Positions 48,315-58,891 of a DNA stretch of 64,000 bases are shown one piece after another (the stretch's first letter is position 1; every line of letters begins with the position of its first letter). A model generated the notes under the pieces. That model was not told where the DNA came from. It saw nothing but the letters and a program-made list of their open reading frames with translations, and did not search any database. The position numbers and the translations under genes are program-made. The stretch comes from Tolypothrix carrinoi HA7290-LM1 (GTDB taxonomy: Bacteria; Cyanobacteriota; Cyanobacteriia; Cyanobacteriales; Nostocaceae), in NCBI GenBank assembly GCA_019358935.1, contig JAHHIK010000012.1, forward strand, positions 1 to 64,000. The letters run 5' to 3'.

Positions 48315-49343
48315 TTAGTATGGTAATTCTAATAATTCGCCATTACCAGCAATTACTTGTGCGATCGCATGAGCCGAAATATCCTGTGATTTCAAGTAAT
48401 TAATCGTCACATCTACTTGATTTGGTGGAACTAGCAACACAAATCCAATCCCCATATTGAAAGTGTTATACATCGCTTCGGAACTAACTGAACCAGTTTC
48501 AGCTAGCCACTGAAATACAGGAGGAATAGTCCAACTATCAGGGTTAATTTTAATCGCTTGATTTTTCCCCAAGCATCGCGGTAGATTTTCTGGTAATCCA
48601 CCACCAGTAATATGTGCCATACCGTGAATTTCTAAGCCTGCTTGACGCGCAGCAAGAACCGGTTTGACGTAAATGCGGGTAGGTGTGAGAAAAGTTTCGC
48701 CTAAAGATTGACCGTTGAGTAATTCGGGGCGATCGCTCCAAGATAAATTGCGTTCATTGATAATCTTTCTCACCAAACTAAAGCCATTGCTGTGAACACC
48801 ACTGCTAGGGAGTGCGATCGCTACATCTCCTATTTGCACCTGAGAACCATCTAGCATCTGGCTTTTTTCGACAATTCCCACACAAAAGCCAGCCAAGTCA
48901 TACTCACCCAAAGAGTAAAAACCTGGCATTTCTGCGGTTTCTCCTCCCAGCAAAGCACAACCAGCCAGCTTACACCCAGAAGCTATACCCGCAACCACCT
49001 GAGTTAATTGCTCTTTTTCTAACTTACCTGTAGCGACATAATCTAAAAAAAACAGCGGTTCGGCGCCAGATGTCAGCACATCATTAACGCACATCGCCAC
49101 CAAATCAATACCAACAGTATCATGGCGATTAACAGCAGAAGCGATTTTCAGCTTTGTACCCACACCATCCGTCCCAGAAACCAATACCGGTTCCTTGAAA
49201 CCCCCCGGTAGTTGAAAGCAGCCACCAAAGCCACCCAATCCGCCAATTACTTCCGGTCGAAAGGTGCTGTGAACCAAATTGCGAATTTGATCTACAAAAG
49301 CTCGACCAGCCTCTACATCAACTCCTGCATCCCGATAATCCAT
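48315..49343 (-). CDS. purM: Phosphoribosylformylglycinamidine cyclo-ligase
   Basis: [30 protein letters not shown]. Confidence 0.97.
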   Translation of the reverse strand: MDYRDAGVDVEAGRAFVDQIRNLVHSTFRPEVIGGLGGFGGCFQLPGGFKEPVLVSGTDGVGTKLKIASAVNRHDTVGIDLVAMCVNDVLTSGAEPLFFLDYVATGKLEKEQLTQVVAGIASGCKLAGCALLGGETAEMPGFYSLGEYDLAGFCVGIVEKSQMLDGSQVQIGDVAIALPSSGVHSNGFSLVRKIINERNLSWSDRPELLNGQSLGETFLTPTRIYVKPVLAARQAGLEIHGMAHITGGGLPENLPRCLGKNQAIKINPDSWTIPPVFQWLAETGSVSSEAMYNTFNMGIGFVLLVPPNQVDVTINYLKSQDISAHAIAQVIAGNGELLELPY

Positions 49344-49555
49344 AACACTTAGTCAATAGTCACTGTTTCCACAGTAGATGAGTATAGAGTCAAAAGTACA
49401 TAGTTGGTGAGTTTTTGACTAAGTAGATGGGCATAAATAAACGCTTCGTCAGGTAGTATGGAAAAAGTCCAATGATTCAATAGTTAGGCTGCTTCAGGTT
49501 ACTGCTGAGACATTACTTGGAGGCTCCGCCGGTGAGGTGATTGATCCCTAACTGC

Positions 49556-50464
49556 TCACGTATCATCACGATTTAACTCGCATTGTGTCGTCTTCCGCGC
49601 CAAGTTGAGAAATGCGCTGATGACTGGTGAGGAATCATGCTGCCGCCAAGCCAGATAAAGTCCGGTTTTAGGTATCTGCTCTTGTAAGGGTCTGTAAATG
49701 ACTCCGCTTCTGTGGAAGTTTTGCAAGGAGGCGGGAACGATCGCAATGCCCAGTCCTGCCGCAACTAAGCCGATGATCGTCTGCATCTGAACTGCCTCTT
49801 GAGCCACTTTCGGACGAAATCCAGCTTGTTGACAAATGGTAATAATCTGCTCGTAAAAGACGGGTCCCATTTTGGCAGGAAATAGGATAAATAATTCCGA
49901 AGCCAATGTGGAGAGCGACACTTGAGTCTGGGCAGACAACGGATGGGTTTCTGGCAACGCCAAGACCAATGATTCTGGCAAAAGGCACTCCACACTCAAA
50001 CCTGGTTCGCTGATAGCAGAACGAACAATGCCGATATCAACCTGTTTGTGATGCAGCGCTTGAATCTGTTGAGCAGTCGTCAGTTCATGCAATCGCAGTT
50101 CTACCGCCGGAAACTGTTCTCGAAAGACCCTTACAATCTCTGGTAGTAACGTATACATTGCAGAGTCAACAAAGCCGATCGCCAACCGTCCAACCTCACC
50201 CCGTCCTATCCGTTGTGTCACTGCGATCGCCTGTTCAAGTTGCGCTAACACCAGGTAGGAGCGCTCTAAAAACACTTTGCCTGCTTCGGTAAGCTGCACG
50301 TGTCGCTTCGTTCGTTCAAACAGCTTGACTCCTAGTTCATCTTCCAAACTGCGAATCTGCTGGCTAAGTGGGGGCTGGGAAATGCACAACCGCTCTGCTG
50401 CTCGACTAAAGTGTAGTTCCTCAGCCACCGCGATGAAATAGTGCAGGTGCCGTAGTTCCATCAC
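49556..50464 (-). CDS. LysR-family transcriptional regulator
   Basis: AEELHFSRAAERLCISQPPLSQQIR helix-turn-helix. Confidence 0.95.
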   Translation of the reverse strand: MMELRHLHYFIAVAEELHFSRAAERLCISQPPLSQQIRSLEDELGVKLFERTKRHVQLTEAGKVFLERSYLVLAQLEQAIAVTQRIGRGEVGRLAIGFVDSAMYTLLPEIVRVFREQFPAVELRLHELTTAQQIQALHHKQVDIGIVRSAISEPGLSVECLLPESLVLALPETHPLSAQTQVSLSTLASELFILFPAKMGPVFYEQIITICQQAGFRPKVAQEAVQMQTIIGLVAAGLGIAIVPASLQNFHRSGVIYRPLQEQIPKTGLYLAWRQHDSSPVISAFLNLARKTTQCELNRDDT

Positions 50465-50579
50465 ACTTATATGTCTAACCTATTAATCTTAGTCAAATAT
50501 ATATTGGACAGTCGCATGGCTGTCTTCTACCGTAAGAAATATGAAGCGTGTCTCACCGTATTTGTATTGGAGAAAACAA

Positions 50580-51461
50580 ATGAACTCAGACAAAAATTGT
50601 GTCGCTCCTAAAGTTTGGTTAATTACAGGATGCTCAACAGGATTCGGACGTGCCCTAGCAGAAGCTGTGTTGAAGAAGGGCGACGAAGTGCTTGCTACTG
50701 CTCGCAAACCAGAGCAACTTCGCGCTTTGATTGAGCACTATCCAGAGACCGCAAAGGCTGTACGTCTAGATGTAACGTTATCCCAAGACACACAAGCAGC
50801 CGTTGATACAGCAATCGCCACATTTGGTCGAATTGATGTGCTGGTCAATAATGCTGGCTATGGACTGATTGGTGCACTCGAAGAAGTCAGTGATGCTGAT
50901 ATTCGCCAACAGTTTGAAACCAACTTCTTTGGGGCACTCCGTCTGATCCGAACTGTCTTGCCTGTGATGCGTCAGCAAGGCAGCGGTCACATTGTGAATA
51001 TGTCATCCACAGCAGGATTAGTGGGATTTGGTGGAAGCAGTATCTACTGTGGCACTAAATTTGCCCTGGAAGGCACATCTGAAGCCCTGGCTAAGGAGGT
51101 TGAATCTCTTGGAATTAAAGTCACTTTAATTGAACCTGGGGCATTTCGCACAGACTTCAACGGACGCTCTCTGGCAGCAGCCGAACAATCCATTGATGCC
51201 TATGTTCCGGTGAGCGGGGCTTCATTGCAGTGGTTCAAAGATATGGATGGTCAGCAACCTGGCAATCCACGATCAGCGGCGCAAGCCATCGTTCAAGCTG
51301 TGGAAAGTCCTCATCCACCGATGCGACTGGTATTAGGCACGGATGCTATGAGCCTGATTCATGAAAAACTGGAATGGATCAAAACGGATTTGGATGTTTG
51401 GCAGCAGGTGACTGTAAGTACGGATTATACAGATAGTAACAGTGAGGTAATAGTTGGGTAG
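50580..51461 (+). CDS. SDR-family oxidoreductase
   Basis: TGCSTGFG, NNAG, YCGTK. Confidence 0.92.
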   Translation: MNSDKNCVAPKVWLITGCSTGFGRALAEAVLKKGDEVLATARKPEQLRALIEHYPETAKAVRLDVTLSQDTQAAVDTAIATFGRIDVLVNNAGYGLIGALEEVSDADIRQQFETNFFGALRLIRTVLPVMRQQGSGHIVNMSSTAGLVGFGGSSIYCGTKFALEGTSEALAKEVESLGIKVTLIEPGAFRTDFNGRSLAAAEQSIDAYVPVSGASLQWFKDMDGQQPGNPRSAAQAIVQAVESPHPPMRLVLGTDAMSLIHEKLEWIKTDLDVWQQVTVSTDYTDSNSEVIVG

Positions 51462-51730
51462 CTAATACCAGTTCTCTTTGAAGGCGCACAGAATCGTAGG
51501 TTGGGGAGCCACTTGCATGGGCGGGTTTCCCGACTTGAGCAAAGTGGCGTTTGAACGGCGTGAAACCCAACGAGTGCTGGATTTTGTTGGGTTTCGTTTG
51601 ACTCAACCCAACCTACAGTTATATGCAAGTCTAAAGAGACTTTCAACTCAACTAGGCGCGATCGCCCCAACGGTTCGGAAGATAGATAGAGCCAGTCTAC
51701 CCTCTACCCTTTAGCCTCTACCCTTTAGGA

Positions 51731-51886
51731 TGTTATGCAGAAACTTTCGACCTATCCACCCAAATGAGCGTATTATGCGGAAAGATTCGGCTTAAACAGC
51801 GGCTTTGGAGTATTATACAGAAACTTTCTGTCTATCCGCCCACTGCGGATCTTAGGCGGAAACTTTCTGTCTATCAATTGTTAGAC
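51731..51886 (+). repeat. Four ~26-nt repeats at a 39-40 bp period ending in a GTTAGAC core (attI-like)
   Basis: Units at 51731, 51771, 51811 and 51850; 13-14 nt non-identical spacers; GTTAGAC at 51880-51886. Confidence 0.7.
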
Positions 51887-51940
51887 AGCTTTAAGTGATC
51901 TGTGAGGACATATTTCAAAGTTGTCGTGAGGTTGCAACAA

Positions 51941-52699
51941 TCAGTTTCGTCCTGCGGTTATGCCACCATCGACGGGCAAGACAACTCCGGTGATCCAACT
52001 GGAACAAGCATCATCAGCTAAAAATAGAATTGCTGCTGTTGTATCCTTGACCTGCCCATTTCGCCCTAACGGATGAAAAGCGTTGAACGACGCAAGTTGT
52101 TCTGGTGTCAGCAAAGGGTCAAATAAAGGGGTTTCAACCACAGCAGGCGCGATCGCATTCACGCGAATCTTGTCGGGTGCAAATTCGATTGCCAGGTTAC
52201 GAGTCAGGGCGTGAACTCCACCCTTCGCTGTTGAAGATCCACTACAGGGCGTTGCGGCGATCGCATGATTTGACCACATCGACCCAATATTCACGATCGC
52301 GCCACTGCCCCGTTGCCGCATTTGAGCGATCGCAGCCTGGGACATGAAAAAGTAGCCCTTCAGTAAGTTCAAATAACTGTCGAGGTCTTCTTCAGTGTGA
52401 TCAAGGAAGGGTTTTGGTTGAAAAACGCCTGCATTGTTGAGCAGCACATCGACACCCCCAAATTGTTCGACGGCTAGATTCACGATGCTCTGACTCGTCT
52501 GAGGGTGTCCAATGTCACCTGCCACGTAGACAACTCTTTCCTCAGTTGGGTCAATAGCATTAGCTGTTTGCGACAATAAATTTTCGCGCCGCCCATTGAG
52601 CACAATTTTCGCTCCCGCCTTGTAGAAGGCGTGTGCCACATCTGCACCAATGCCACTCCCGCCTCCGGTAACTAATACAACTTTGTCTCTCAAACTCAT
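51941..52699 (-). CDS. SDR-family oxidoreductase (catalytic Tyr replaced: SSTAK)
   Basis: TGGGSGIG, NNAG, IRVNAIAP. Confidence 0.9.
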   Translation of the reverse strand: MSLRDKVVLVTGGGSGIGADVAHAFYKAGAKIVLNGRRENLLSQTANAIDPTEERVVYVAGDIGHPQTSQSIVNLAVEQFGGVDVLLNNAGVFQPKPFLDHTEEDLDSYLNLLKGYFFMSQAAIAQMRQRGSGAIVNIGSMWSNHAIAATPCSGSSTAKGGVHALTRNLAIEFAPDKIRVNAIAPAVVETPLFDPLLTPEQLASFNAFHPLGRNGQVKDTTAAILFLADDACSSWITGVVLPVDGGITAGRN

Positions 52700-52797
52700 G
52701 ACCCTCTCCTAAATTGTTTATGCTTTAGCAATCAAGAGCATAGGAGATGGCGCAAATGCCCGCAAGCAGGCACAATTTTGTCAGGTAGGGTACTTTT

Positions 52798-53160
52798 ATG
52801 AAAGAAATGCAGTCGTTCCAAGACCTAAACGTTTCGGAAAACGTGCGGGATGTTGCCGAGGTTGTTGAGGCAGTATTTGGCTGTAAATGGTCGCTGCGAA
52901 TTTTAGGGTTGATTCGACGAGGGATCTGTCGCCCTGGTGCGATCGAGCGAGAGTTGACAGGCTTAACCCCTAAAGTTCGGAATTACTATTTTCGACGGAT
53001 GATCAAGTTAGGCATTCTGGAACGAGTAGTGTATCCAGCAGTTCCGCCTCATGTAGAGTACAAACTCACGCATTTTGGGCTACGGTTCATGCCGATTTTA
53101 GATTCCATTGAAGCGTTACAGCGTGAACTTGAGGTAGACAGTAAGAAGCAAGGTTTGTAG
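52798..53160 (+). CDS. HxlR-family winged-helix regulator
   Basis: GCKWSLRIL...YPAVPPHVEYKLT..G. Confidence 0.9.
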   Translation: MKEMQSFQDLNVSENVRDVAEVVEAVFGCKWSLRILGLIRRGICRPGAIERELTGLTPKVRNYYFRRMIKLGILERVVYPAVPPHVEYKLTHFGLRFMPILDSIEALQRELEVDSKKQGL

Positions 53161-53174
53161 GGTGTTTAACCGCT

Positions 53175-53262
53175 GTCGAACAACCGTGTTGCAGCGGAAC
53201 GTACCAGCCTTCTTCGTTGAGTTGCAAAGGCGATCTGCGTCCGCTGAACACGACCGTTAGGC
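53175..53262 (+). mobile_element. Integron attC site 1
   Basis: GTCGAAC...CGTGTT(G)CAGCGGA / TCCGCTGAACACG...GTTAGGC with an extrahelical G. Confidence 0.8.
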
Positions 53263-53291
53263 CCTACTGCGTATCCTTCACCACACCGCTT

Positions 53292-53675
53292 ATGCCAGAT
53301 CAACCTGCACTCCTAATCGAACTGCTCCGCGCGGCCTACGCGGCCTTTAACGCGCGAGACATTGACGCTGCCCTTGCCCTCATGACTCCGGACGTGGTTT
53401 GGCCGAGAGCATTCAAAGGCGGTTTTGTCCGTGGACCTGAAGAAGTCCGCGCTTACTGGACGGAGCAATGGAGCGAGATCAACGGGCACGTGGAGCCGGT
53501 GACTTTTCACCCGGAGGAGTCCGGACGTATCTTGGTCGAAGTGCATCAGGTCGTGCGCGACCTAGCTGGAGCCGTTCTTGCCGATGAGCACGTCGGTCAT
53601 CGTTTCACCATTGCGCAGGGCTTGATTCAAGCCATGGAAGTCTGTCCGCTTCCATCGTCCGGCCACACAGCCTAA
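53292..53675 (+). CDS. SnoaL/NTF2-like protein carried as a gene cassette
   Basis: AYAAFNARDIDAALALM.PDV.WP; visibly GC-rich; the stop TAA lies inside GCCTAAC. Confidence 0.85.
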   Translation: MPDQPALLIELLRAAYAAFNARDIDAALALMTPDVVWPRAFKGGFVRGPEEVRAYWTEQWSEINGHVEPVTFHPEESGRILVEVHQVVRDLAGAVLADEHVGHRFTIAQGLIQAMEVCPLPSSGHTA

Positions 53676-53772
53676 CACGGCGCTCGAGCGAACGCTTCAG
53701 GGCGGCCACCCCGGTTCCGTTCTTCACACCAACAGGCGCCCTGAAGCGTCGCTCAGCTTTGATCCGTTAGCT
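53670..53772 (+). mobile_element. Integron attC site 2
   Basis: GCCTAAC...GAGCGAACGCTTCAGGGCG / CGCCCTGAAGCGTCGCTC...GTTAGCT. Confidence 0.8.
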
Positions 53773-53858
53773 CACGTTAAGAAGTAACCTCCAGATTTTG
53801 ATGAACGTCGTAAATCCATTCCAAGCAAGATAGGGGAGCAACCAACGAAACGCCATTT

Positions 53859-54372
53859 TTGACGCATGCCATCAGTATTAATTTAGAAGCACCAACATGG
53901 CTGGCTCAAGCTGCCTTTCCGATTATGAAGCGACAAAACTACGGACGGATTGTGCTTACGACTTCAGATAGAGCTATTTATCAGCAATATGCACTCAGTG
54001 GTCTCGCCCCTTATGCTATGGGAAAAATGGCACAGATAGGTCTGATGAATGTGCTCGCGGTTGAAGGCAAAGAGCATGGAATTCTCGTTAATGCGATTTC
54101 GCCGGTAGCCAAAACGCGGATGTGGAACGTACACTCCAAAGCCAGAGGATTTGCGACCCGATCAAGTAGCCCCTGGAGTGTTATACCTCGCTTCTTTTGA
54201 ATGCCGAGAGTCTGGATTTATATTAAGGGCAAGCAATGGTCAATTCACAGCCGCGCGCTGGATCGAGCGAAACAACGTGGACTATCCGTTAAACCTTGCC
54301 GCTGTTGAAAGTTCTACTGCGGAGGATTTGGCTACTCGCTGGCAGGAAATTGCTGCGGATGTTGCGTTTTAA
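53859..54372 (+). pseudogene. 5'-truncated, frameshifted SDR fragment
   Basis: YAMGK...VNAISPVAKTRM continues as RPDQVAPGVLYLAS in another frame; no N-terminal Gly-rich motif. Confidence 0.75.
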
Positions 54373-54517
54373 GGACTAGGCTTGTACTTCGAGATGGTCT
54401 GTAGGGAAATCGAGATTATTGGTGGGAGAGTAGTTGAAAGAATGTGGGTAAGGGGCGATCGCTTTTCTCCCCAACGCCTTCGGTGAATGAGAGCAATTGC
54501 GAAATCTAGAATCATTG

Positions 54518-55249
54518 TTGATAAATGATTTATTTCATCAAATCGGGATGAGCCTCAAATAAATGAGTGATTCTACTGAATATCTTTTAGACTCTTTTCC
54601 CGTGCCAATGTGTGATAATATCCGGATATTCAATGTAAAATTAATCAAGTCAGAAGAGTACAGAGGTTAGATTGCATCGAAAAAACGCTATTTTTACGGG
54701 GTTCGAGTTCAGTTATTAACGATTAAAAGTGGTGTCCCAGTTGAGTTTGTCTTCATGCCTGGTAGCGCTGCTGATGTGCGGGCATTAAATGCGTTACCGT
54801 TAAATCTGCCACCAGGTAGTGAAATTTATACTGACTCCGCATACACTGATTATACTTCGGAAGATGACCTGAGAAAGACGAGTCAAATTGAGTTGAAAGT
54901 GATGCGTAAAAAGAACTCTAAGCGTAAAGATGAGCCGTGGAATCAATACATTAAACAATCTACTCGGCATTACCCAATCGACTGTGTTCAGCGCGATTAC
55001 TTGTGTTTTCCCTAAATCGATTCATGCAGTCACATATAGAGGGTTTTTACTGAAACTCGAAGCATTTATTTTTGCCTTTACTCTTCAACAAGCATTTAGA
55101 GAATGAGTTAAATATAATACTTGAATTTGATTCAAGACTTGCACTTTTGATTGAGTCAAAGTCGCGGAGTCGCGGCGGCGCTACCGCCTACTTGTCGTGC
55201 GGTAACGCTCAAAGTAGTACACTTGTATTTAATAACCTGCAACTTGGGT
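54518..55249 (+). mobile_element. IS982-family transposase remnant
   Basis: DSFPVPMC...ASKKRYFYG...DSAY...RKKNSK with stops and a frameshift; ends GCAACTTGGGT (ACCC-type inverted repeat). Confidence 0.75.
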
Positions 55250-55294
55250 TAGTAAGGGATAGAGCCGCTTAAAACCTTTATATTTGAGCGGTAA

Positions 55295-55685
55295 ACCGCT
55301 CACCCTTCTCTATGAGACCAAGGCGAACGGGTTAGCCAGTCGCTCATGGGGAGCCAGTGCGTTGGGGAGGACACCTGCGTGGGCGGGTTTCCCGACTTGA
55401 GCAGTGTGTCCGTTGAGGCAGTGCGGTCTTGGGGTTTCACGCCACTCCCCTCAAGTCGGGAAACCCTTCCTGTGGGGGTGGCTCCCCAAGTGGAGGAGGC
55501 AGTGCGGTCTTGGGAGCAAATCGCCACTTGCGCGTCTGCCGGGAAACCCGTCCAACGCAGTGGCTCCCCAAGTGAAGCACCTGCCGTCATCTGCCGTCGG
55601 CTCTGCCGACTTGTTCGCGCAGCGTCTCCGCATCTGAGAAGCACCTGGCGTGGAGACCCCCTGTTCTGCGCGCTGGCTCACTACG
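55295..55685. repeat. Nested cluster of dispersed GC-rich repeats
   Basis: GGGCGGGTTTCCCGACTTGAGCA (also near 51519) and GAGGCAGTGCGGTCTTGGG (also near 30990, inverted). Confidence 0.7.
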
Positions 55686-55749
55686 AACTAAGAAATTATT
55701 TTACGTTTAATTTCGCCTACTTCCTTATTGACTCCTAACTTCTAACTAA

Positions 55750-55956
55750 TCAAAATACCTCATTTTCAATACCGCGCCACCATTCCCCCAAATTCATCAA
55801 ATCTTCGTGTATGTCTGCTAATTCACCGGCGTAGTCATTTTCTGAAAGCGTCGCTTGACGTTCTTTGAGCTTTTTCAGTCGCAGTTGCACCAACAGCCAA
55901 GGTTTAGTGATGCTATTCGTGGCTTCGATGTATTCCGCTAGTTCTTTGCTATTCAT
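55750..55956 (-). CDS. Small conserved hypothetical protein
   Basis: KPWLLVQLRL...MNLGEWWRGIE. Confidence 0.7.
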   Translation of the reverse strand: MNSKELAEYIEATNSITKPWLLVQLRLKKLKERQATLSENDYAGELADIHEDLMNLGEWWRGIENEVF

Positions 55957-56131
55957 AAATTTTGATTTTTATTGCACTACCTTTTAAGATACAAGTTATG
56001 TAGCAATCCGTTTATAATTCGTGAAAAACAAGATACCCGACTTCTTTAAGAAGTCGGGTATCTGAGCCGGAAAAACAGCCACGAAAGAAAAATGTTTTCC
56101 GCGTTACAGTGCTGACAAAAAAAGCAGATAA

Positions 56132-56734
56132 TTAAGCCTTAGCTAAATTTTGTGCAACAAAATCCCAGTTTACCAACTGATCTAAGAAGTTCTTGATAAA
56201 GGCAGGACGAGCATTGCGGAAGTCAATGTAGTAAGCATGTTCCCAAACGTCTAGAGTTAGGAGTGCTTTCTGACCATGAGCTAGAGGGTTCTCTGCATTC
56301 GGTGTTTTCGTCACCTTCAGCGTACCATTATCATCAATCAACCAAGCCCATCCGCTGCCAAACTGCGTTGTAGCCGCGTTAGAAAACTCTTCTTTGAATT
56401 TATCAAAGCTACCAAAATCTTTGTCAATTTTAGCAGCTAAATCACCGCTTGGTGTACCGCCGCCTGCTGGCTTCAAAGAATTCCAAAAGAAAGTATGATT
56501 CCAAACTTGAGCCGCGTTGTTGAAAACTCCTGTTAAAGAGGGGTCTTTAAAAGAAATTTTGATCACCTCTTCTAGAGGTTTATCTGCGAGGTCTTTACCT
56601 TCAACGAGCTTGTTAAGGTTATCTACATAAGCTTTATGATGCTTGCCATAGTGATACTCGAAAGTCTCAGCTTTCATGCCATATGGCTCTAAAGCGTTAA
56701 AGTCAAAGGGTAGGGGGTCTTGTGTAAATGCCAT
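56132..56734 (-). CDS. sodB: Fe superoxide dismutase
   Basis: HYGKHH, FNNAAQVWNH (Fe-type), DVWEHAYY. Confidence 0.95.
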   Translation of the reverse strand: MAFTQDPLPFDFNALEPYGMKAETFEYHYGKHHKAYVDNLNKLVEGKDLADKPLEEVIKISFKDPSLTGVFNNAAQVWNHTFFWNSLKPAGGGTPSGDLAAKIDKDFGSFDKFKEEFSNAATTQFGSGWAWLIDDNGTLKVTKTPNAENPLAHGQKALLTLDVWEHAYYIDFRNARPAFIKNFLDQLVNWDFVAQNLAKA

Positions 56735-57298
56735 GAGTGTGAAATCCTCTCTTTACCGTTTTCCAGTTTAAAGCTAATGCTACAGCTTTGGAAATTACAG
56801 GTTTTGTGTTGAGCAATTGAAGATGCTGAACACTGTAAAATAAAACTTTACATTGTTATTTTACTACCAAAGGCAGGATTCAGACAAAGTGGTTTTGTCA
56901 CAATTGAGGTCAAATCTACCTAAATGAATACACAATAAGTAAGAGATTATGCCGATTATGTCTCGATAGATATATTTTGTAATCAAGTAATTTTAATATA
57001 AAATGATCATCTATAGCAATCCGCTCATAAGAGCGTAAACAACAAGATTCCCGACTTATTAAAGAAGTCACCGAATCTGAATCAATGGATTTTTACAAAG
57101 TAATAACTCTAAAAGATAATTATTTTTTCATAAGTCTAATTTTAATAATGGTGAGTAAATGCTCACCATTATATTTAACTAATAACTAACAGTAGATTGT
57201 ATTAACTTAAGGCGAGACAAAGAGCCGGAGTGAATTTTTTAGGATATGTCCCGGCTTAAGTTGAGTAGCGCAGCAATTTGTGTTAATTACAATTGAGA

Positions 57299-58891
57299 TT
57301 ACCTTTGCTGGTAGAAGTCAACAATTTTTGCCGTGACTTCTGAAATTGAGAGACCATCGGTTTGTATTTCAATTGCATCTGCTGCTTTCTGCAAGGGGGA
57401 AACTTTGCGGGTGCTATCTTTCCAGTCGCGTTCTGCGATGTCTTTTTCCAGCTGCTCTAAACTGACTTCGGGTTGACCTTGTTTTTTAAAGTCTTGCTGA
57501 CGACGCCGTGCGCGTTCGCTAACCGAAGCGGTTAAAAAGATTTTGACTTCAGCATCGGGAAAAACGTGAGTACCGATATCCCGTCCTTCAGCAACTAAAC
57601 CACCTTTTTTACCCCAGTTCTGCTGTTGTTTAACTAATGCTTCACGTACAGCGCTTTGTGCGGCTATGGCGGATACTTTTGATGTTACTCCTGGCGTGCG
57701 AATTACCTGAGTAACATCAGTATGATTAATCCAGACTCGCACAGGAGATTGTAAATTTTCGCCTTGAGTCAGTTCAATGACACACAGGTTAGCTAATTCA
57801 GCGATCGCACACTCATCATCCAAAGCAATTTCTTCTTGCAACACTAGCCAGGTGAAAGCTCGGTACATTGCGCCAGTATCTAAATATACTAGACCCAAGT
57901 TCGCTGCCACTTGACGAGCCACCGTTGATTTACCAGCACCAGCCGGTCCATCAATGGCGATGACGGGAGAGCGATCGCGCAGGATGGTATTATCAATCAA
58001 ACGTGTAGAACCAAGACGAGCTGCGATCGCAAGCATTCCTTCCTCCTTAACTTCCTCTAAAGACATCAACGTAGTCGGTTCAACCAATTCAATATATTCC
58101 ACTAAAACAGTAGTGACCATTGCTAGTTCTTGCTCCACCACCGCTATAAGAGTGCTGGTGTTACGAACGCCCGCTTTAAATGCTGCTTCAGCTTGCCGCA
58201 AGCCGCGATATAATGCCGCTGCCTGCTGCTTTTGCGTTGCAGTCAAATATTGATTGCGGGAACTCAAGGCAAGCCCCGATGCTTCGCGCACCGTTGGACA
58301 AGCAACAATTTCTGTCGGCAAATTCAAATCAGCTACTAGCTTTCTAATAATTGCCAGTTGCTGACCATCCTTTTGACCGAAATAGGCTCGATCGGGCTGT
58401 ACCAAGTTTAAAAGCTTGGTAACAATCGTAGCCACACCCTGAAAGTGACCTAGCCGAGAACGACCACACAAGCGTGATATCATAGCAGATGGAGGGATAA
58501 CTTGTGTAACAATTGAATCTTGTATACTCTTCTGCGGAACTCCTAATTCCTCCGGAGAAGGCGCAAAAATCGCATCCACACCAGCTTGTTCACAAAATTG
58601 CCCATCTGCCTTCAAAGTTCGAGGATAGCGTTGAAAATCCTCATTGGGACCAAATTGCAGGGGATTGACGAATATACTGACGATTACCGTGGCGTTTTCT
58701 CGCCGTGCCCGTTCTATCAAGCTTAAATGACCTTGATGCAAAGCCCCCATCGTCGGAACCAGACCAACTGGTGTTTGATACCAGCTGGTTGCCTCATTTG
58801 ATAGCAGTTCCTCCGACTGGCAAAGCTGATTTTCCGAACGACGTTTAGCTAAATAACAGCGTAAAGCTGCAACTGTTGTCAGCAGGCGCAC
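57299..58891 (-). CDS. panC/cmk: Bifunctional pantoate-beta-alanine ligase/cytidylate kinase
   Basis: PTMGALH, FGQKD, SSRN; IDGPAGAGKST, EGRDIG. Confidence 0.95.
   Translation of the reverse strand: MRLLTTVAALRCYLAKRRSENQLCQSEELLSNEATSWYQTPVGLVPTMGALHQGHLSLIERARRENATVIVSIFVNPLQFGPNEDFQRYPRTLKADGQFCEQAGVDAIFAPSPEELGVPQKSIQDSIVTQVIPPSAMISRLCGRSRLGHFQGVATIVTKLLNLVQPDRAYFGQKDGQQLAIIRKLVADLNLPTEIVACPTVREASGLALSSRNQYLTATQKQQAAALYRGLRQAEAAFKAGVRNTSTLIAVVEQELAMVTTVLVEYIELVEPTTLMSLEEVKEEGMLAIAARLGSTRLIDNTILRDRSPVIAIDGPAGAGKSTVARQVAANLGLVYLDTGAMYRAFTWLVLQEEIALDDECAIAELANLCVIELTQGENLQSPVRVWINHTDVTQVIRTPGVTSKVSAIAAQSAVREALVKQQQNWGKKGGLVAEGRDIGTHVFPDAEVKIFLTASVSERARRRQQDFKKQGQPEVSLEQLEKDIAERDWKDSTRKVSPLQKAADAIEIQTDGLSISEVTAKIVDFYQQR

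Noticed and set aside
51731..51875. CRISPR array
   Set aside because: Spacers are only 13-14 nt, repeats are too divergent, and no cas genes are in the window
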